A DNA stretch of 63,651 nt, counting the filler, from Octopus bimaculoides (taxonomy: Eukaryota): NCBI RefSeq assembly GCF_001194135.2. It is 7 parts of 7 records of this genome, joined end to end, with 100 filler letters (N's around TTAATTAATTAA, not from the genome) between each part and the next. Parts side by side here need not be neighbours in the genome. Positions count along the whole stretch, not along the records: positions 1 to 19,063 come from NC_068988.1; positions 19,164 to 27,751 come from NC_068995.1; 5 more parts are not named here. One strand, given 5' to 3'. The position numbers were made by a program, and so were the translations under genes. Below the pieces are notes generated by a model, which ran no database searches, was not told the DNA's origin, and was given only the letters and a program-made list of their open reading frames with translations. Positions 12,701 to 27,211 of the stretch are shown here, one piece after another (position 1 is the stretch's first letter; the number at the start of each line of letters is the position of its first letter).

Positions 12701-15339
12701 GTCCTTAGTAATGGTGGATTTATAAGCTCACTTGGAGGGAGTTATGAGTCACTAACGAAATACCAGCATAAGTTTGAATCTAGAACGATTGATCTCTCAT
12801 TTTCCTCACTGCGAAGATATCGTATATAAAGCCAAGGTGTTTACATCTGTCTAAAAGATTGTTGCTTAAAAAAATCTATAGATAAAATACGTAGTACAGT
12901 ATAGCTTTTAATATAACATCATTTCCAATCCTCTAAATTGTTTTCATGATATTGTGCTCGCTATTTCTTCTTTGATCTAAGCTAGTAAATATTTCTCTCT
13001 TTTATACTAAGTGAAAAGAAACCTGCCGAGCGATTTTGCAGTGAGATTTTTTTTGTTTTGTTTTGTTTTTTGCTTTTTCCCAGAGTTCACAAGATTACTT
13101 TCCATGCACAATTTATTGTTTCCCAATAATACTGCGAAGGTTTATTGCTAAACTTCACTTTGTGTTCAATATTGAGACGGAATAGCTTTGTTCCTTTTTA
13201 ATGGAACAAATATTCTTCTTAATTTCCCTCTTTTCCTAGCAGTTCATTCTTCTTTCTCATTTTTCTATTTAAAAAATACAATGACCACTCTCACTTTTCT
13301 TTCAATGCATAAATATTTCATTGCATATATCTTTTTGCACAAACACTCGCTCGTAACAACCAAGGTGGTCATATTATATAATGTCTCTCTAAAAAAGCAG
13401 ACGACGTGCCTTTCTTAACCGAATTTCTGTTCAGAGATTCGTCTTTATATGATGTATATCTTCTTTCACAACTTTCTTGTTTTTTTTTAATGACGCTATA
13501 GAAGGAAGAAAGGGAATGTTATATGCTTTTCAAAAATTTTGTCTGTTAGGCGAAGAAGAGAAATTTATCTGAAGAACATGCCTTGAATAATTGCCATAGA
13601 ATGGACTATGATAAAAACACCTATTGGTCGGACGTTGCAGTTAAAGAGAGCAACAAATTAATTCTACCCCTGGTTCAGCTAGTTAGGAGATTTACAGAAA
13701 CCAAGTAAGGTAAAACAAACGTACGACAAAACGGTGGATGAACTTCAGGTATTGCCAGTGAACATCTGTTAATAATCCGGGTTGTTGGAAACTCAGTGTT
13801 CTTTCCGTTGAGACCACTGGGAGTGAGGTACGTATTAGCCTTTTTGTAAGTATATCTCTTAGAGAAGGTACTCATCTATCCACAGCTACAATGCTTACAT
13901 AGCTGAGTGTTTGGTCTTTGTTCGATAGTCTTGGAAGGTAGCTAGACTTGGAGAAAAACCCGAGCATAAACTCTTCCTATCGACCAATGCCTGCGAAGAG
14001 GAGCAGGCTAAACAGAGGCCGGCCTTGCCGACTCTAGATATCCTGAACAGAGCATAAAGGTCCAAAAATGTGTTTCATGTGAGGTTCTGAATTTCAGTCG
14101 CGATGCTAAGAATATAAATTCTAGAAGTGGAACGGCCTTTTCGAGTGGCCACCATACAAATCGCATCTACCAACAATCACTTGCGGTCGATCGAAGACTG
14201 TATGAGAGGAGAATGCACCAAGCTGTCGTGCAGTGGGTTCGAACGTTCTTGCAAAGCATGCTTGTGAACTATTCAGACATACCTGCGTTTCTACATGAAA
14301 TCTCATCATTGTTTCTACTCATCGATTACATCAACTTGAAAGACAGATATGATATTTTAAACACATTTATGTATTTCTCTTCTATATCTTGCTTAGTCAA
14401 TTCTAAACTTCATCCCTTAAATTATTTGCGAAACGGCGAATCCGAAGAGTCATTAGAGCAACGAGTAATAATATCCGTCAATATTTGTTCTTCAAACGCG
14501 GTGATCTTGCAGAACCGTTAGCGCGCCCGGCAAAATGCTCATCGTCATTTCATCCGTTTTTACGTTCTAAATCCAAATTCCGTCAAGATTGACTTGGCCT
14601 TTCATCCTTTCGAGTTGATAGAATAAGTACCAGTTGAGCACTGGGTCGATGTAATCGATTTACTCTGTCCACCAAAATCGTTAGCTGATGCCAAAATTTG
14701 AAACCAATATTTGTTCTTTCATATTTATTGTCTATGTTTTATCACTTTAATTTCTATTTGATTTCGAATGTATCTTGTATTTCTTCAATCGACATAATGC
14801 CGCTTCTGAAATTAACAGAAATGTCTTAGATAGCAATTCGACACTGAATGCCTATTTCTGTGTTTGGTCGTAAGATCAAAGTCTTCATCGATCAAGTTTC
14901 TGTAGTATTGAGTTTTCTTAGCTGAAAATATTCGATTCTCTTCACATCCGCATTTTCTGCATTCATATTTCCCAATTCGTTTGGCTTTTGTAACAAAATA
15001 TGTCTTTGTTTCGTCCTCCATAGCTTGAATCAATGCACCTTTAATCTGTACATCATATCTAGTTTGCTATTTTGGCCTTTAATGATGTTTTGCAACATTA
15101 AAAAATGAAATTGACGAGCTTTTAAAGACTTTATGCTGGGTCTGGCATCTCAAAATTTACTGTAGTTAGCATAGAAATAGCTAAATGAAAGACACGAATT
15201 TGTTTTCATCAGTTACAATGTTTTAAAGAAGTGTCGGTCATCCACAAGTTGTTAATAAATCTCTCACTATACACAAATTGGCTAATTTTTCAGGCAGAAT
15301 AGGAAGACAAGTGTGACAGAAACGTATTAAACGTATGAA

Positions 15340-15561
15340 AGACGGCGAACTGGCAGAAACGTTAGCACTCCGGGCAAAATGCTTAGCGGTATTTCGTCTG
15401 CCACTATGTTCTGAGTTCAAATTACACCGAGGTCGACTTTGCCTTTCATCCTTTCGAGGTCGATTAAATAAGTACCAGTTACGCACTGGAGTCGATATAA
15501 TCGACTTAATCCGTTTGTTTGTCTCCTCTGTGTATAGCCCCTTGTGGGTAGCAAAGAACTA
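15340..15561 (+). mobile_element. SINE family A with 16-bp TSD
   Basis: TSD agaaacgtattaaacg at 15318-15333 and 15562-15577. Confidence 0.9.
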
Positions 15562-15889
15562 AGAAACGTATTAAACGAGGCGCAAGAAATGTTAGTGAAC
15601 AACAATGTCTATTCATTCCAGAATCTTAATCTCAACCAATAATAAAAGGCGGCAAATTGAGAGAGTCATCAGAGCGTTACATGGGATATTTCAGGGTACA
15701 TGTTTCGACTCACATCGTTATGAGTTCAAGTTCCACTGCGTTCAGTTTAGCCTTGCCACGTTCCAAGGTCGATGAATAGTAGTACCAACCCAAAGCGGTT
15801 CTGAATTCTTCTCAAGGTACTTGAAGCATAACCAGTAAACAAATTTCACCTTAGTCTGCTGGCTCTGGATAGCTGACACTTTCCATCAT

Positions 15890-16394
15890 ACCCAGCAAAA
15901 TAAGCTGTGAAATTTCATCACATGATAATGATAATACTGATGATGATAACAACAAGAAAACAACAACAACAACAACAACAGTAAAAAAAAGAGAAAAAAA
16001 ATGCTTTCTAATTGATGTATCAATACCAGCAGATGACAACGTTTCTCTAAAAGAAATGGAAAAACTTTCAAAATACAAAGACCTGGAAATAGATATAACT
16101 CGAATGTGGAATCTAAAAACAGAAACAATTCCTATCATAGTAGGTGCTTTAGGTATAATAAAAACATATTCAGACAAATACATAACAAAAACACCAGGAC
16201 TTACAAATATATATAACATACAGAAAATTGCACTACTGGGTACTGCACACATTCTACGCAAAACACTTTCAATACAGTAAACATAAGAGCACCACAGCAA
16301 ACCACAGCACATACCCAAGGCGCACAGAGCTGCGCTCGGTAGTGAAGTGAAAGCACGTTATAAAAATAAAACTACTGAACAATAATAATAATAA
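15890..16394 (+). mobile_element. 3' end of RLE-type non-LTR retrotransposon (R4/Dong-like)
   Basis: KCFLIDVSIPADDNVSLKEMEKLSKYKDLEIDITRMW...IPIIVGALG...QKIALLGTAHILRKTLSIQ-stop is a restriction-like endonuclease C-terminus. It is followed by a short 3' UTR and an (AAT)n tail. Confidence 0.85.
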
Positions 16395-19063
16395 TCCTTT
16401 CTACTATAGCTTCAAACGAGAAATTGTGTGTGCGTGTGATGATGGGCTAAGGTAAGATAATAAGTTACATCGACTCTAGTACATGACTGGAACTCATTTT
16501 ATCGATCATGCGTGGTGAAACGCGAAGTCGACCTCAGCAGATTTTGAACTCAGAAAGTAAAGACGGGCGAAATGCTGCTAGCACCATTGTAATCGTAATG
16601 AAACACATGATAAAATATGTTTATTGATAGAATTATTGTCATTATAACCAGTACGTTGATCATTATTATAATTATCACTGGCATTAACAAGATCTCCAAT
16701 GAGTATCTTTACGATGATGATTATCATCATCATATACATTATCATGGACAAGAATAGTAGCAGCAACACTGACAGTAACATTATTAATAGCAGCATCTCT
16801 AAGATTTCTGGTATTACGAGAGTTAATGTTGTCATTCATGCAGCAGTAATGGCTATGGGTATTTAACAAACCTAATACGCGTTCCTTGATTTCTTTCTGT
16901 AAATTAGTGATGACAAAATATTGCAAATAAAAGAAATACAAGTTATTATAGAATCGGAATCCTTACATAAACGGCAGAAACTTGATGAGTTCTGTTGAAA
17001 ATACCGAGGTTCTATGTTCTTTCAGTTGTATGCAATTAAAGAGTAAAATCCTTAAACGTGATGTAGTTTATAGCTAGCATCTGACGTGATCAGAAGTTAA
17101 AATAGGTGCCGTGATTAAGTAGCCATCTTTACAACACTCTATTTGGAATTACGATGAGTTACGTAAGAGTATAAAATGTCTTAATTTGTCATCGTGTTAT
17201 TTAAATTCTATTTAAATGAGTGCTGAATTGGTGGTGACATTTGAGAGGAATTTAGAGAAGTGTTTACAAATATATATATATATGCGTTGTGAATTCCTAT
17301 GAAGCCATACAAAACACAAATCCGTAACAGATTCATGGTTCACGTTTGGATTACCTCCGCTAATTGCTTTTGACTAGTCACATGGCTAAAGTAGAAATGA
17401 TTTTATATTCATTTTAAGATGACTAATGCTAGCATTAATAATAAATTTTCTTCATTCCTAGGAACCAAAAAGAAAAAGAAAAACAAAGATGAAGCAACTC
17501 GTATGGTAAAAAATACAAAAAAGAGTTTGGGTGGGGACGCTGTATGGAGAATTTTAGAAACAATATTCGCTAGACACCGTAGATAAAATAATTACTACAC
17601 TAAATATTAGGCACTGAAAGGAAAAAATATTCGTCAGTCGAGATGGTAATACTTCGGTATTATTTCATACTTCTATTCTTTTACGTGTCTCAATAATTTG
17701 ACTGCGGCCATGCTGGGGCAGTACCTTGAAGGGTTTTAGTCGAACAAAGTGACCCCAGGACTTATTTCTTTTTAAAGACTAGTTTTCGTTTACCAAATCC
17801 ACTCACAAGAGTTTGGTCGACCCGAGGCTATGGTAAAAGACACTCACCCAAGGTGTCACACAGTGGGACTGAACTCGGATGCATATAGTTGTGAAGCAAT
17901 CTTCTTACCACATAGATACGCCTGCGTCTAAGTATGCAGATGAACTGAAATAGTATACATGTAGGATACTGAAAAATATAAGAAGGAAAATATAAGAATT
18001 GTTTGGGGTCCGGAAAAAAACTCCCTTGGCCAACAATCCCTCGGAAAAAATCCCTCAGACAAACATCCTAAGTTAAAGTGCGAAAGAGAACAAAACCCCT
18101 TGAGTTATACTTTTGGCAGAGGTCTACAATAAACACTCCCACCCCTCTTTTCGGTTTCCTAGTATTTTTGCAGATTTCCACGATTTTGGCATCAGCGATT
18201 GCGATTCTGAAAAAAGATCGGCATTTCAAAATTTAAATCCCCACCCCAAACCAATTTTTTCATTTTTCGTTTTTTTGACAAATTTAAGTGGGATTCCGCG
18301 TAGAAAAATACAAATATTATGATACTCTGGAAAAAAAAAAACAAGAATGTTTTTCTAAAATTTGAATTTTTTAAACAAATAGACACCCTGTCCCACCCCA
18401 CGCAGATCTACGCCAATATTCCGGATGTTTTAAAACTCGTTCGCTTATTTGCGCATGCGTTGGCGACTTTCAACCAGCGCATGAAGTTAAGCCTGGAAGG
18501 TCTTTTGACATGTTAGAACCAACAGCCAAATCTTTTGATCTTTTTTTTCTTTTCTTATGCTTAAAAGAAAACGGAAATCGAGTTTGTGAAAAAAATTTAT
18601 TTTGCAAAATTCCAATTTCTAAATATGCAAAAATATATTTAATCGAAAATAGATAAGTAGAATAAAATAACAGAACACAATACACTTTGCAATTCGAAGT
18701 ACATATTTTCTGAATTCTGACATAAAAGGAAAGGCATTTACTACAAGAAATGTCTTTTAAAAGTCAAAACCATTCATCATCATCATCGTCAATGTCATCA
18801 TCATCATCGTCAATGTCATCATCGTCAACCTTACCACCGCCACCATCATCACCATCATCATCGTAACTATCACTATCACGATCGCCAGGACCAAATCCAT
18901 GACTAGCAATAAAACCAGGATTACCAGCACCACCATCTGCTACAAACTCAAACTCATTTATCATCATGAAAACTGAATGCTAGAAAAAAAATGCAGATTT
19001 GTTTTGTCAGGATCAGAAGGGTTTCGTCCTACACTCATGTCGTTTATATATATATATATATAT

Positions 19064-19163
19064 NNNNNNNNNNNNNNNNNNNNNNNNNNNNNNNNNNNNN
19101 NNNNNNNTTAATTAATTAANNNNNNNNNNNNNNNNNNNNNNNNNNNNNNNNNNNNNNNNNNNN
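19064..19163. other. Artificial scaffold spacer (44 N + TTAATTAATTAA + 44 N)
   Basis: Identical spacers at 27752-27851, 51127-51226, 56179-56278, 59472-59571 and 61382-61481. The 12-mer places stop codons in all six frames. Confidence 0.95.
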
Positions 19164-19181
19164 TATATATATATATACATA

Positions 19182-19585
19182 TGTAACGGTAACTGTTTTT
19201 GTTTGTTGTAGCGGGTCACCGTTTGTAAGGGTAAGGCTTTTGTTTCACGAGGTCACCAATTATAATGGTAAAGGTTTTGTGTGAAGGCTGCAATTCTCTT
19301 GTTCGGGTTCACCAATTGTACGATAATGTTTTTGTTTGTAGCGATGATAATTTTGTGTAGTTACCAATTGTAACGGATGTAAGATGAACGATGAACAGTG
19401 ATCGAAGTTGTTAAGAAATATTTATTTACCGTTACTTTAATAAATGCCATACCACGACGGGTAGGTTAGTGTAATAGTATAACACAGTTCGTAAAGCATG
19501 CAAGGTAAAGAAAGTTAATTTCGGCCTGTATATGTTTGTACACGATCTTGTAGTAGTAAATAGTCAAAGATATTGTAATGTTACA
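19182..19585. mobile_element. Candidate solo LTR
   Basis: 404 nt bounded by TGTAAC...GTTACA, with internal ~35-nt degenerate subrepeats (caccaatt.ta...gtaa.g.ttttgt). No TSD is visible because the flanks are microsatellites. Confidence 0.4.
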
Positions 19586-20052
19586 GAGAGNNNNNNNNNN
19601 ATTTTTCTTGGGTTTCCTTGCTTTTATAACTATCTAGAAGGATAGATATATTATTGAGAACAATAGATTTTGTTGGTGGTCTTGTTATCTCTATTCTAGA
19701 TTTTGGTGATGTAGAAGAGGTTAGAAAGGGTCAAGCGATTAAAGACATTGCTTCGGCCTCGCTAAAGGCATCTGGAAAATACTAAACTGTTGTCAGAGAA
19801 AAACCATTGTTCCACCGTGGGAAAAGTTCTGTTGCAGTGTTAATTTAAATTTGGCTATAGTGGATCGAATCCACTTCATGCACGCAAGGTCCACTACATA
19901 TACATATATACATATACATATATATATATATATATATTGAGACCTCCTTTGGTCATGACTGACCATGGGATTGCCCCGAGAAAGTTACCCTCCCAGGAAC
20001 AAGTCCGGGCAAGGTTGTTTATGGAAGACCAGCAGTCTTCCATAAACATACA

Positions 20053-20088
<36 letters not shown>

Positions 20089-20593
20089 TATATAGTAGTC
20101 CTCAATTAATTGCGTAACTTCATAATTTCTAGTTTATTACGTAAGCGAACACTTAAGCATCATATTTGTAAAATTGATCGGTTAATTGTATATGCAGTTA
20201 AGTCATTTTCGGTTAACAGCATAAGATAGTTTTCAATTGTGTGTAAAATAGGCGAATGTAGTAAGTGACTAAACACTTAATTTGCAACGAATAAACAGCA
20301 GATTCCGGATTCTTTTGAATTCCTGTTAAGTAAAACTAAGTCGTTTGCGTAAAAATGTTTATGAAACAACCGTATCTAATTAAGCGGTATTGAAATTTTG
20401 GTTACGCTGTAAATTCATCGTTAATTATCTTGAATGATTTATCGTCAGAAGAAATAAGTCTTGTGAAGTAATGAATGAACGTTGCTTTCATATTTTCGTC
20501 TTCGACTACATTAACGTGTAGTAGTGAGGCCAATTAATTTTTATTTTAACCTGCACGATCCTACTTGTACTCGTTTATCTATGTATGTCAATG

Positions 20594-20940
20594 TTCAGTT
20601 TTATTTCAAGATTTCTTGCCAATAGAGAAAGAACTGGTTTCTAACCTAGATCCAAGGTTCCTTCATTGAAATTTCAACATCAACAACAGGGTATTTTTAT
20701 TTGTATGTATGTATGTGCAGATTTGTATGTTTTATGTATGTATTCTCGTGCATATAGTTGCATATCTAGATATGCTCATATATATTTAAATGATAAACTT
20801 CTGCAAAGTTTTACAGATTTTTACAGTTCCAGTGATGGATTGGATCTGTAGTCTTCGAATTAGCTTTCTCCTTTCTGGTTTTGAGAAGCCTAATTTCTCA
20901 AGATTAGTATTTAAGTAGTGTGTTACATATCCCAGGACCC
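20594..20940 (-). mobile_element. LINE 3' end (C-terminal ORF plus 3' UTR), copy 1
   Basis: [51 protein letters not shown]-stop, followed by a UTR shared with 27212-27410. Confidence 0.55.
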
Positions 20941-21125
20941 CGTATGTATGTATGTATGTATGTATGTATGTATGTATGTATGTATGTGTGTATGTATGTA
21001 TGTATGTATGTAAGTGTGTGTGTGTGTGCATGTATGTATGTATGTATGTATGTATGTATATTGGCGTTTTCAAACTTCTTTTTTATAAATATATACCCAC
21101 TCGTATGTCACCTACACCTTTTTAT

Positions 21126-21184
<59 letters not shown>

Positions 21185-21199
21185 TGTATGTATGTATGA

Positions 21200-21461
21200 G
21201 ATGAGAAGAGATCAAAAGAGACTGAAAGTTCCGGTGGGATCGTGTTCTGAGGAAGGATTGAATATTGAAGTTAGTGCAGAGAAGGGGGCATCGGACACTG
21301 TAGAGATGCTGACAGGTGGAAATATGGGTGAATCGGAGGGGGGGGGGTCTGTGTGAGAGACCAGCTAGTTCAAAGGAACACGTGCCATTATAATTGTAAC
21401 AGAAAATACAGAAAGAGAGAGAAAGAGAGAGAAGGAAGGAAGGAGAAAAGAAAGAAATGAA

Positions 21462-21495
<34 letters not shown>

Positions 21496-21850
21496 GAGGT
21501 GGGGAGCAGATTGCCTGTGGAGCAGAGGTCGGAGTGTGTCTGTGAATGATGGGGATAGCACTCAGCCGATTGTACCTTGTCTGCAGATCATTCTGGACTT
21601 CAATGGATGTAGCAGAAGCAACGTTCCAGATGTAGGATCAGTGATCCTTTGTGGTCCCTACCAGAGGGTCAGTAGTTGTTAGTGGCTGAAATATCTTTGA
21701 CTAATCTTTGGCGAATGATCCTAGAGATGCTAAGGATGTGGTTTCACCAGGAGAGATCCTCGATGATAGTAAGACAAAACATTTGCTCCTAGATACGCTG
21801 AGGATGTGGTTTCATCAGGACATTTAACAATTGGAAACAGCTTTGGGCCA
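21200..21850 (-). mobile_element. Penelope-like element remnant
   Basis: Decayed VLSYYH...KISQRYF...DPTSGTLLLLHPLKSR resembles the PLE RT-to-GIY-YIG linker (LTYHP...I.RHF..LQ.DP...PPL.AYRR). Confidence 0.45.
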
Positions 21851-23022
21851 CAGATATACTCCACAACGAATGCATGGCTTATGTACATGAGGACTCCGTG
21901 ACCAAAGACCTCTTCAGTCGCTGCGCAATGAGAGACAGTTACTCGTTAACCAGATATTATGTAGTAACGATTGACATCATTAATGCTATACATATCGACC
22001 CAGAACTGATAAAGAAACAAAGCTGTCGCTTGATATTTCACCGAGAAATAATAACTATCTGATATTAGTCTGCTCTACGAGGAGAATATAATAGAGAAAC
22101 TATTTTATTCCTTGACTGCTCGATCGGAGCATATATGATTAAAACTCTGCATCCGGTACTCAGAACTCTTCCTTCCGTTCGTTGTAACTAATGAGCGCGC
22201 GCACACATATACGCATATATATATATATACACATACACACCTGCATACACATACACACCTGCATACACATACACACCTGCATACACATACACACCTGCAT
22301 ACATACACACACACACACACACACACACACCATATTTGCGACGTATAAGACACGCTTTTATATAGTTGTACCAAACTATTTCCTTGCGTCTAATGAGGCC
22401 GTATTGCGAATGGGAGAGCGAGCATTGTAGATAAGGGAGCAGGTTAGATAAGCACAGAAATTGTTACTAATAATGAAATATGAAGAACATGTCATAATAT
22501 CACAGTAGTACAAACTTAATGAAAAATTGCTTACAATATATCGGCAGTTATGTGGAGAATTCGCATCATTTTGTTAGTATATATAATCTACTTCTAGTAT
22601 GTGTCTTAAATTATTTAATGACTGTGTTATCTTAAGAAGCGTTTTTAAATGACCTAAATGAAAATTCTGGGAAAATGAAAGTAGTATTAAACTTTAATCT
22701 GTCAGGTTTTTGCAATGGGTGGATGACAACGAAAACATAGCAGTCGCGCGCGCCACCCTGTTGGTTGATCGCGCTTACATAAAACATCAAGGCCAGAAAT
22801 ATAGGTTTTACACTCTGCATGATAATTCTCTTGACCAAAATATAAGCAACTATTATGTTGGTCTGAAAGAAGAGATACACATATACAAATGCCGACGTAT
22901 ATAGGCGCAGGAACGTTTCGTTATTTCTATTATATATTTTTAATGACAAGTCAAGTTGAAAATCCCCTTCACCCTAATCTTAACCATTTTCCACTGCTGC
23001 TCTTCTATTTACTTGCTAACTG

Positions 23023-23071
<49 letters not shown>

Positions 23072-23394
23072 CAAGCCTGCAAAAATATTTTCTAAGCTTT
23101 CCTTCATTCTATTTCACTTAATGCTTATAATTTTCCATTAGCATTCCTAGTAATTAAGCAAACATTTTCTGCTGTTAGATGTTCCAATTACGAAAGTGAA
23201 GTTAATTACCTCAGTATGCTTTACATTCATATGTTATCCTTTTTGACTTTTCCGTTATACTAACCTTTAGAAAATAAACCCACACTTTTTTTTCATTCCC
23301 TCAAAATTCAATCACGCCATTAGATGCATCTTTTAGAAATGCTAGCAGCTTTAGTCACACACGACTGTAGCTTTCGGCCAGGAAAATAAGTAGT

Positions 23395-23830
23395 GAGCTG
23401 GTATCCAAATTTCCTCGGAGTTTTCGATCCTAAGCACTAACATCTTCCAGATGGCACAACGGCAGTAATGGCGAATCTCTGCTCATTTTCTGCCTTTCAG
23501 CTCATTTTGTACGGCTTGTTCTGGAACTAAGAAAATGCAGTTTCTGGTTTTGTTCCAATCTGCGAGCAACTATTTTCGTATACCTTTCTGCTACTCCCAG
23601 AACTGTCTGCCTCTTCCACAAAGACTGCATCGGTAAACCTCTGGATCCAACAGCAACTGGAAATAACCAATCCCACCAATGCTTTCCTTACATTCTTGGA
23701 CCAAATCCTGGTATTTTGGCAGCTTTGTTCTGTGAAGCTCGTCACAGCCATCTTTCCACGGGATCGTCTGTTCAACACTCGCCTCGCCACACCATACGTC
23801 TATGTAAAGCCTCACAAATATTTAACCTGT
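23395..23830 (-). mobile_element. HERO-clade-like non-LTR retrotransposon 3' remnant
   Basis: IDVWCGEASVEQTIPWKDGCDELHRTKLPKYQDLVQECK resembles the RPDIV.W...ELTVPWEE...KLAKYQ.LV.EC endonuclease motif. Confidence 0.65.
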
Positions 23831-24149
23831 ACCAGGTGAAGCTTCTTTCCTAGGCTGAATCAGTTTTGCGCTAGAGATTCAACGGAGTGTTAGGTAGCAA
23901 TCCGATTATATAACTCTACGCTCATCAGATATATATATATATAGTTGTTTGTTTAACCATGTTAATCCAATCGAAATATTTTATTTAATCTCATCTAACC
24001 TAAGACACAGTTAAGCTGTATTAGATAAACTTTTAATTCTGTTTTACAAACACGGTGCATAGAAGAGTGACAATGTCGAATTTCCGTCAATGGTGAAATT
24101 CTTTCCCCTTTAGACATTCAATCTCAGAGTTATAAAATAATCTGAAGCC

Positions 24150-24529
24150 ATCAATAATCTCCTTAGTTTCTCTGTAACATCCAAATTTTTGAAACGTTTA
24201 GTGAACTTGATAGCCCAAAACTTACACACCATATCGGATTTCTAAACTTGCTTTTCAAATTAGTGAAAATATTAATAACATCTGCTGCCGGGGTTCCATT
24301 TTTCTCATGTTCTTCAGTACTAAATATAAATATCTCCATTACATTCTGCCGGAACACTATATAAACTGCCATAACTTATGGTATCTCTATAGAATCTTTT
24401 GCAACTGAAAACAGTTTGAATAATTACTAAGACGCTCTACTTTAAGAAATAAGAACTTAATACGATGCAAGTGTGAAATTCTTCCACTATACGGCGCTGC
24501 CAATATAACCAACCAATCGGTGCATGGCG
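24150..24529 (-). mobile_element. Decayed hAT-like transposase relic
   Basis: DWLVILAAPYSGRISHLHRIKFLFL resembles TRWLS...ERIL..W..LK.YF. IFIFSTEEHEKNGTPAADVINIFTNLKSKF resembles the downstream hAT helix. Confidence 0.45.
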
Positions 24530-25394
24530 NNNNNNNNNNNNNNNNNNNNNNNNNNNNNNNNNNNNNNNNNNNNNNNNNNNNNNNNNNNNNNNNNNNNNNN
24601 NNNNNNNNNNNNNNNNNNNNNNNNNNNNNNNNNNNNNNNNNNNNNNNNNNNNNNNNNNNNNNNNNNNNNNNNNNNNNNNNNNNNNNNNNNNNNNNNNNNN
24701 NNNNNNNNNNNNNNNNNNNNNNNNNNNNNNNNNNNNNNNNNNNNNNNNNNNNNNNNNNNNNNNNNNNNNNNNNNNNNNNNNNNNNNNNNNNNNNNNNNNN
24801 NNNNNNNNNNNNNNNNNNNNNNNNNNNNNNNNNNNNNNNNNNNNNNNNNNNNNNNNNNNNNNNNNNNNNNNNNNNNNNNNNNNNNNNNNNNNNNNNNNNN
24901 NNNNNNNNNNNNNNNNNNNNNNNNNNNNNNNNNNNNNNNNNNNNNNNNNNNNNNNNNNNNNNNNNNNNNNNNNNNNNNNNNNNNNNNNNNNNNNNNNNNN
25001 NNNNNNNNNNNNNNNNNNNNNNNNNNNNNNNNNNNNNNNNNNNNNNNNNNNNNNNNNNNNNNNNNNNNNNNNNNNNNNNNNNNNNNNNNNNNNNNNNNNN
25101 NNNNNNNNNNNNNNNNNNNNNNNNNNNNNNNNNNNNNNNNNNNNNNNNNNNNNNNNNNNNNNNNNNNNNNNNNNNNNNNNNNNNNNNNNNNNNNNNNNNN
25201 NNNNNNNNNNNNNNNNNNNNNNNNNNNNNNNNNNNNNNNNNNNNNNNNNNNNNNNNNNNNNNNNNNNNNNNNNNNNNNNNNNNNNNNNNNNNNNNNNNNN
25301 NNNNNNNNNNNNNNNNNNNNNNNNNNNNNNNNNNNNNNNNNNNNNNNNNNNNNNNNNNNNNNNNNNNNNNNNNNNNNNNNNNNNNNNNNNNNNN

Positions 25395-25476
<82 letters not shown>

Positions 25477-27211
25477 TGCATGTATGTATGTATATGTATG
25501 TATATACTCACTCACACACATACATACACATACACACACACACACTCTCTCTCTCTCTCTCTCCCTCTCTCCCTCTCTCACTCTCTCCATCTCCTCCACA
25601 CACTTGCTTCTCAGAAATTCGTCTTAGTAGCAATGTCCCTCCCATTGCGACCTTGTGGCAAATAAAGAAACCAGAATTATTTTTGTTGTTATTTCCATTG
25701 TTATTATAATCTCCTCCACCTCCCTCTCCTCCTCTTCCTCCTCCTCCTCCTNNNNNNNNNNNNNNNNNNNNNNNNNNNNNNNNNNNNNNNNNNNNNNNNN
25801 NNNNNNNNNNNNNNNNNNNNNNNNNNNNNNNNNNNNNNNNNNNNNNNNNNNNNNNNNNNNNNNNNNNNNNNNNNNNNNNNNNNNNNNNNNNNNNNNNNNN
25901 NNNNNNNNNNNNNNNNNNNNNNNNNNNNNNNNNNNNNNNNNNNNNNNNNNNNNNNNNNNNNNNNNNNNNNNNNNNNNNNNNNNNNNNNNNNNNNNNNNNN
26001 NNNNNNNNNNNNNNNNNNNNNNNNNNNNNNNNNNNNNNNNNNNNNNNNNNNNNNNNNNNNNNNNNNNNNNNNNNNNNCATCATCAGCAGCAGCAGCAGTA
26101 GCAGCAGCATCATCATCATCATCAACACGTTTATAATAAGTTTCATGTGAGTTTCTCCTACTCCACCAGTTCATACTCGCAGAGTACTCGAGGGGTTGCA
26201 TCATTTTGTCCGCTGCGCCAGTTTTTCTTTTCCAGTATCTGAAGTGACTTTTTTAGTATTATGTCTTTTTTATTATTATTATTTTTTTTATTTTTTTTTT
26301 TTTGTATTATGTGTTGTGCAAAATGTTTTTCAAAGGAGTCTTATCTTAGGAATCTTACAGCGTACAATTGTTAGTCTGCTGTTTAAAAGTGCGAAGGCAT
26401 CGGTAGGCCCGAGATTACCCAAGATGCCATGCGCTGGGACTGATCTCAGAAGCATGTGGGTTGGAAACAAACTTCTTGCCACACATGCCTGCGTTTATAT
26501 CTCTCTATGTATGTATGTATGTATGTATGTATGTATGTATACATACATACATACATACATACATGCATGCATACAAATAGTGGGCTCTCACACAGTTTTC
26601 GTCGGCGAAATTCATTCACAAGGAACCGGTGGTTCCGAAATAATGGCAGAAGTCAACTCTATGCTCCAATGTGCTAGTCAGTGCGACTGAACCCGATACC
26701 ACGTGACTGAGAAGCGAACCTAACTGCATACCCACGTCTACAATATTAACTTGGCCTGCATTTTTTTATTTTGTCTCTTTCTTCCATAGCTTGCAAATCA
26801 GAAGAGAATTTGGTCGATCTATGTTTATGGTGACAAACAATGAAATACTAAATCCTAAACAGACTTCGTTTATACTGTTAGTTTATTTTATTTCAGATAA
26901 GAAATAACAAAACAACCAACATTTCATCACACCTACCCACGGTTTATTTCATATAATATCGACTCTACATTCAGACATGCATACCACGGTATTCACAGCT
27001 GACCTACATACATATCAACACTTACACCCGACCAAACAAGCCGCTCCTCTATCGTCAATTCATTTAATAACTATATTTGGTTAATAAGAAGAACAGTGAT
27101 TTTCTTTTTCCTTTATTTTTATTGGTATAAATACCATCGTTCTCCTCTACGTTTGTTAGGTCTCGCGTTGAATATGGCTGCCCAAAATGGTTTCCTCACA
27201 CACACACACAC

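Noticed and set aside
21718-21835. Possible hammerhead ribozyme (cctgatgaaacc on the minus strand, near-duplicated about 68 nt apart) in the Penelope-like remnant
   Set aside because: CUGAUGA is not followed by a stem II and a separate GAAA, and no stem I/III pairing was found.
22740-22765. CTCF-like motif (gcgccaccctgttgg; also cgccacctag at about 60633)
   Set aside because: Only partial matches, expected by chance in 60 kb; no supporting data.
26790-26830. Micro-exon after the strong acceptor ttcttccatag
   Set aside because: Weak donor, no recognisable peptide and no partner exons in the block.
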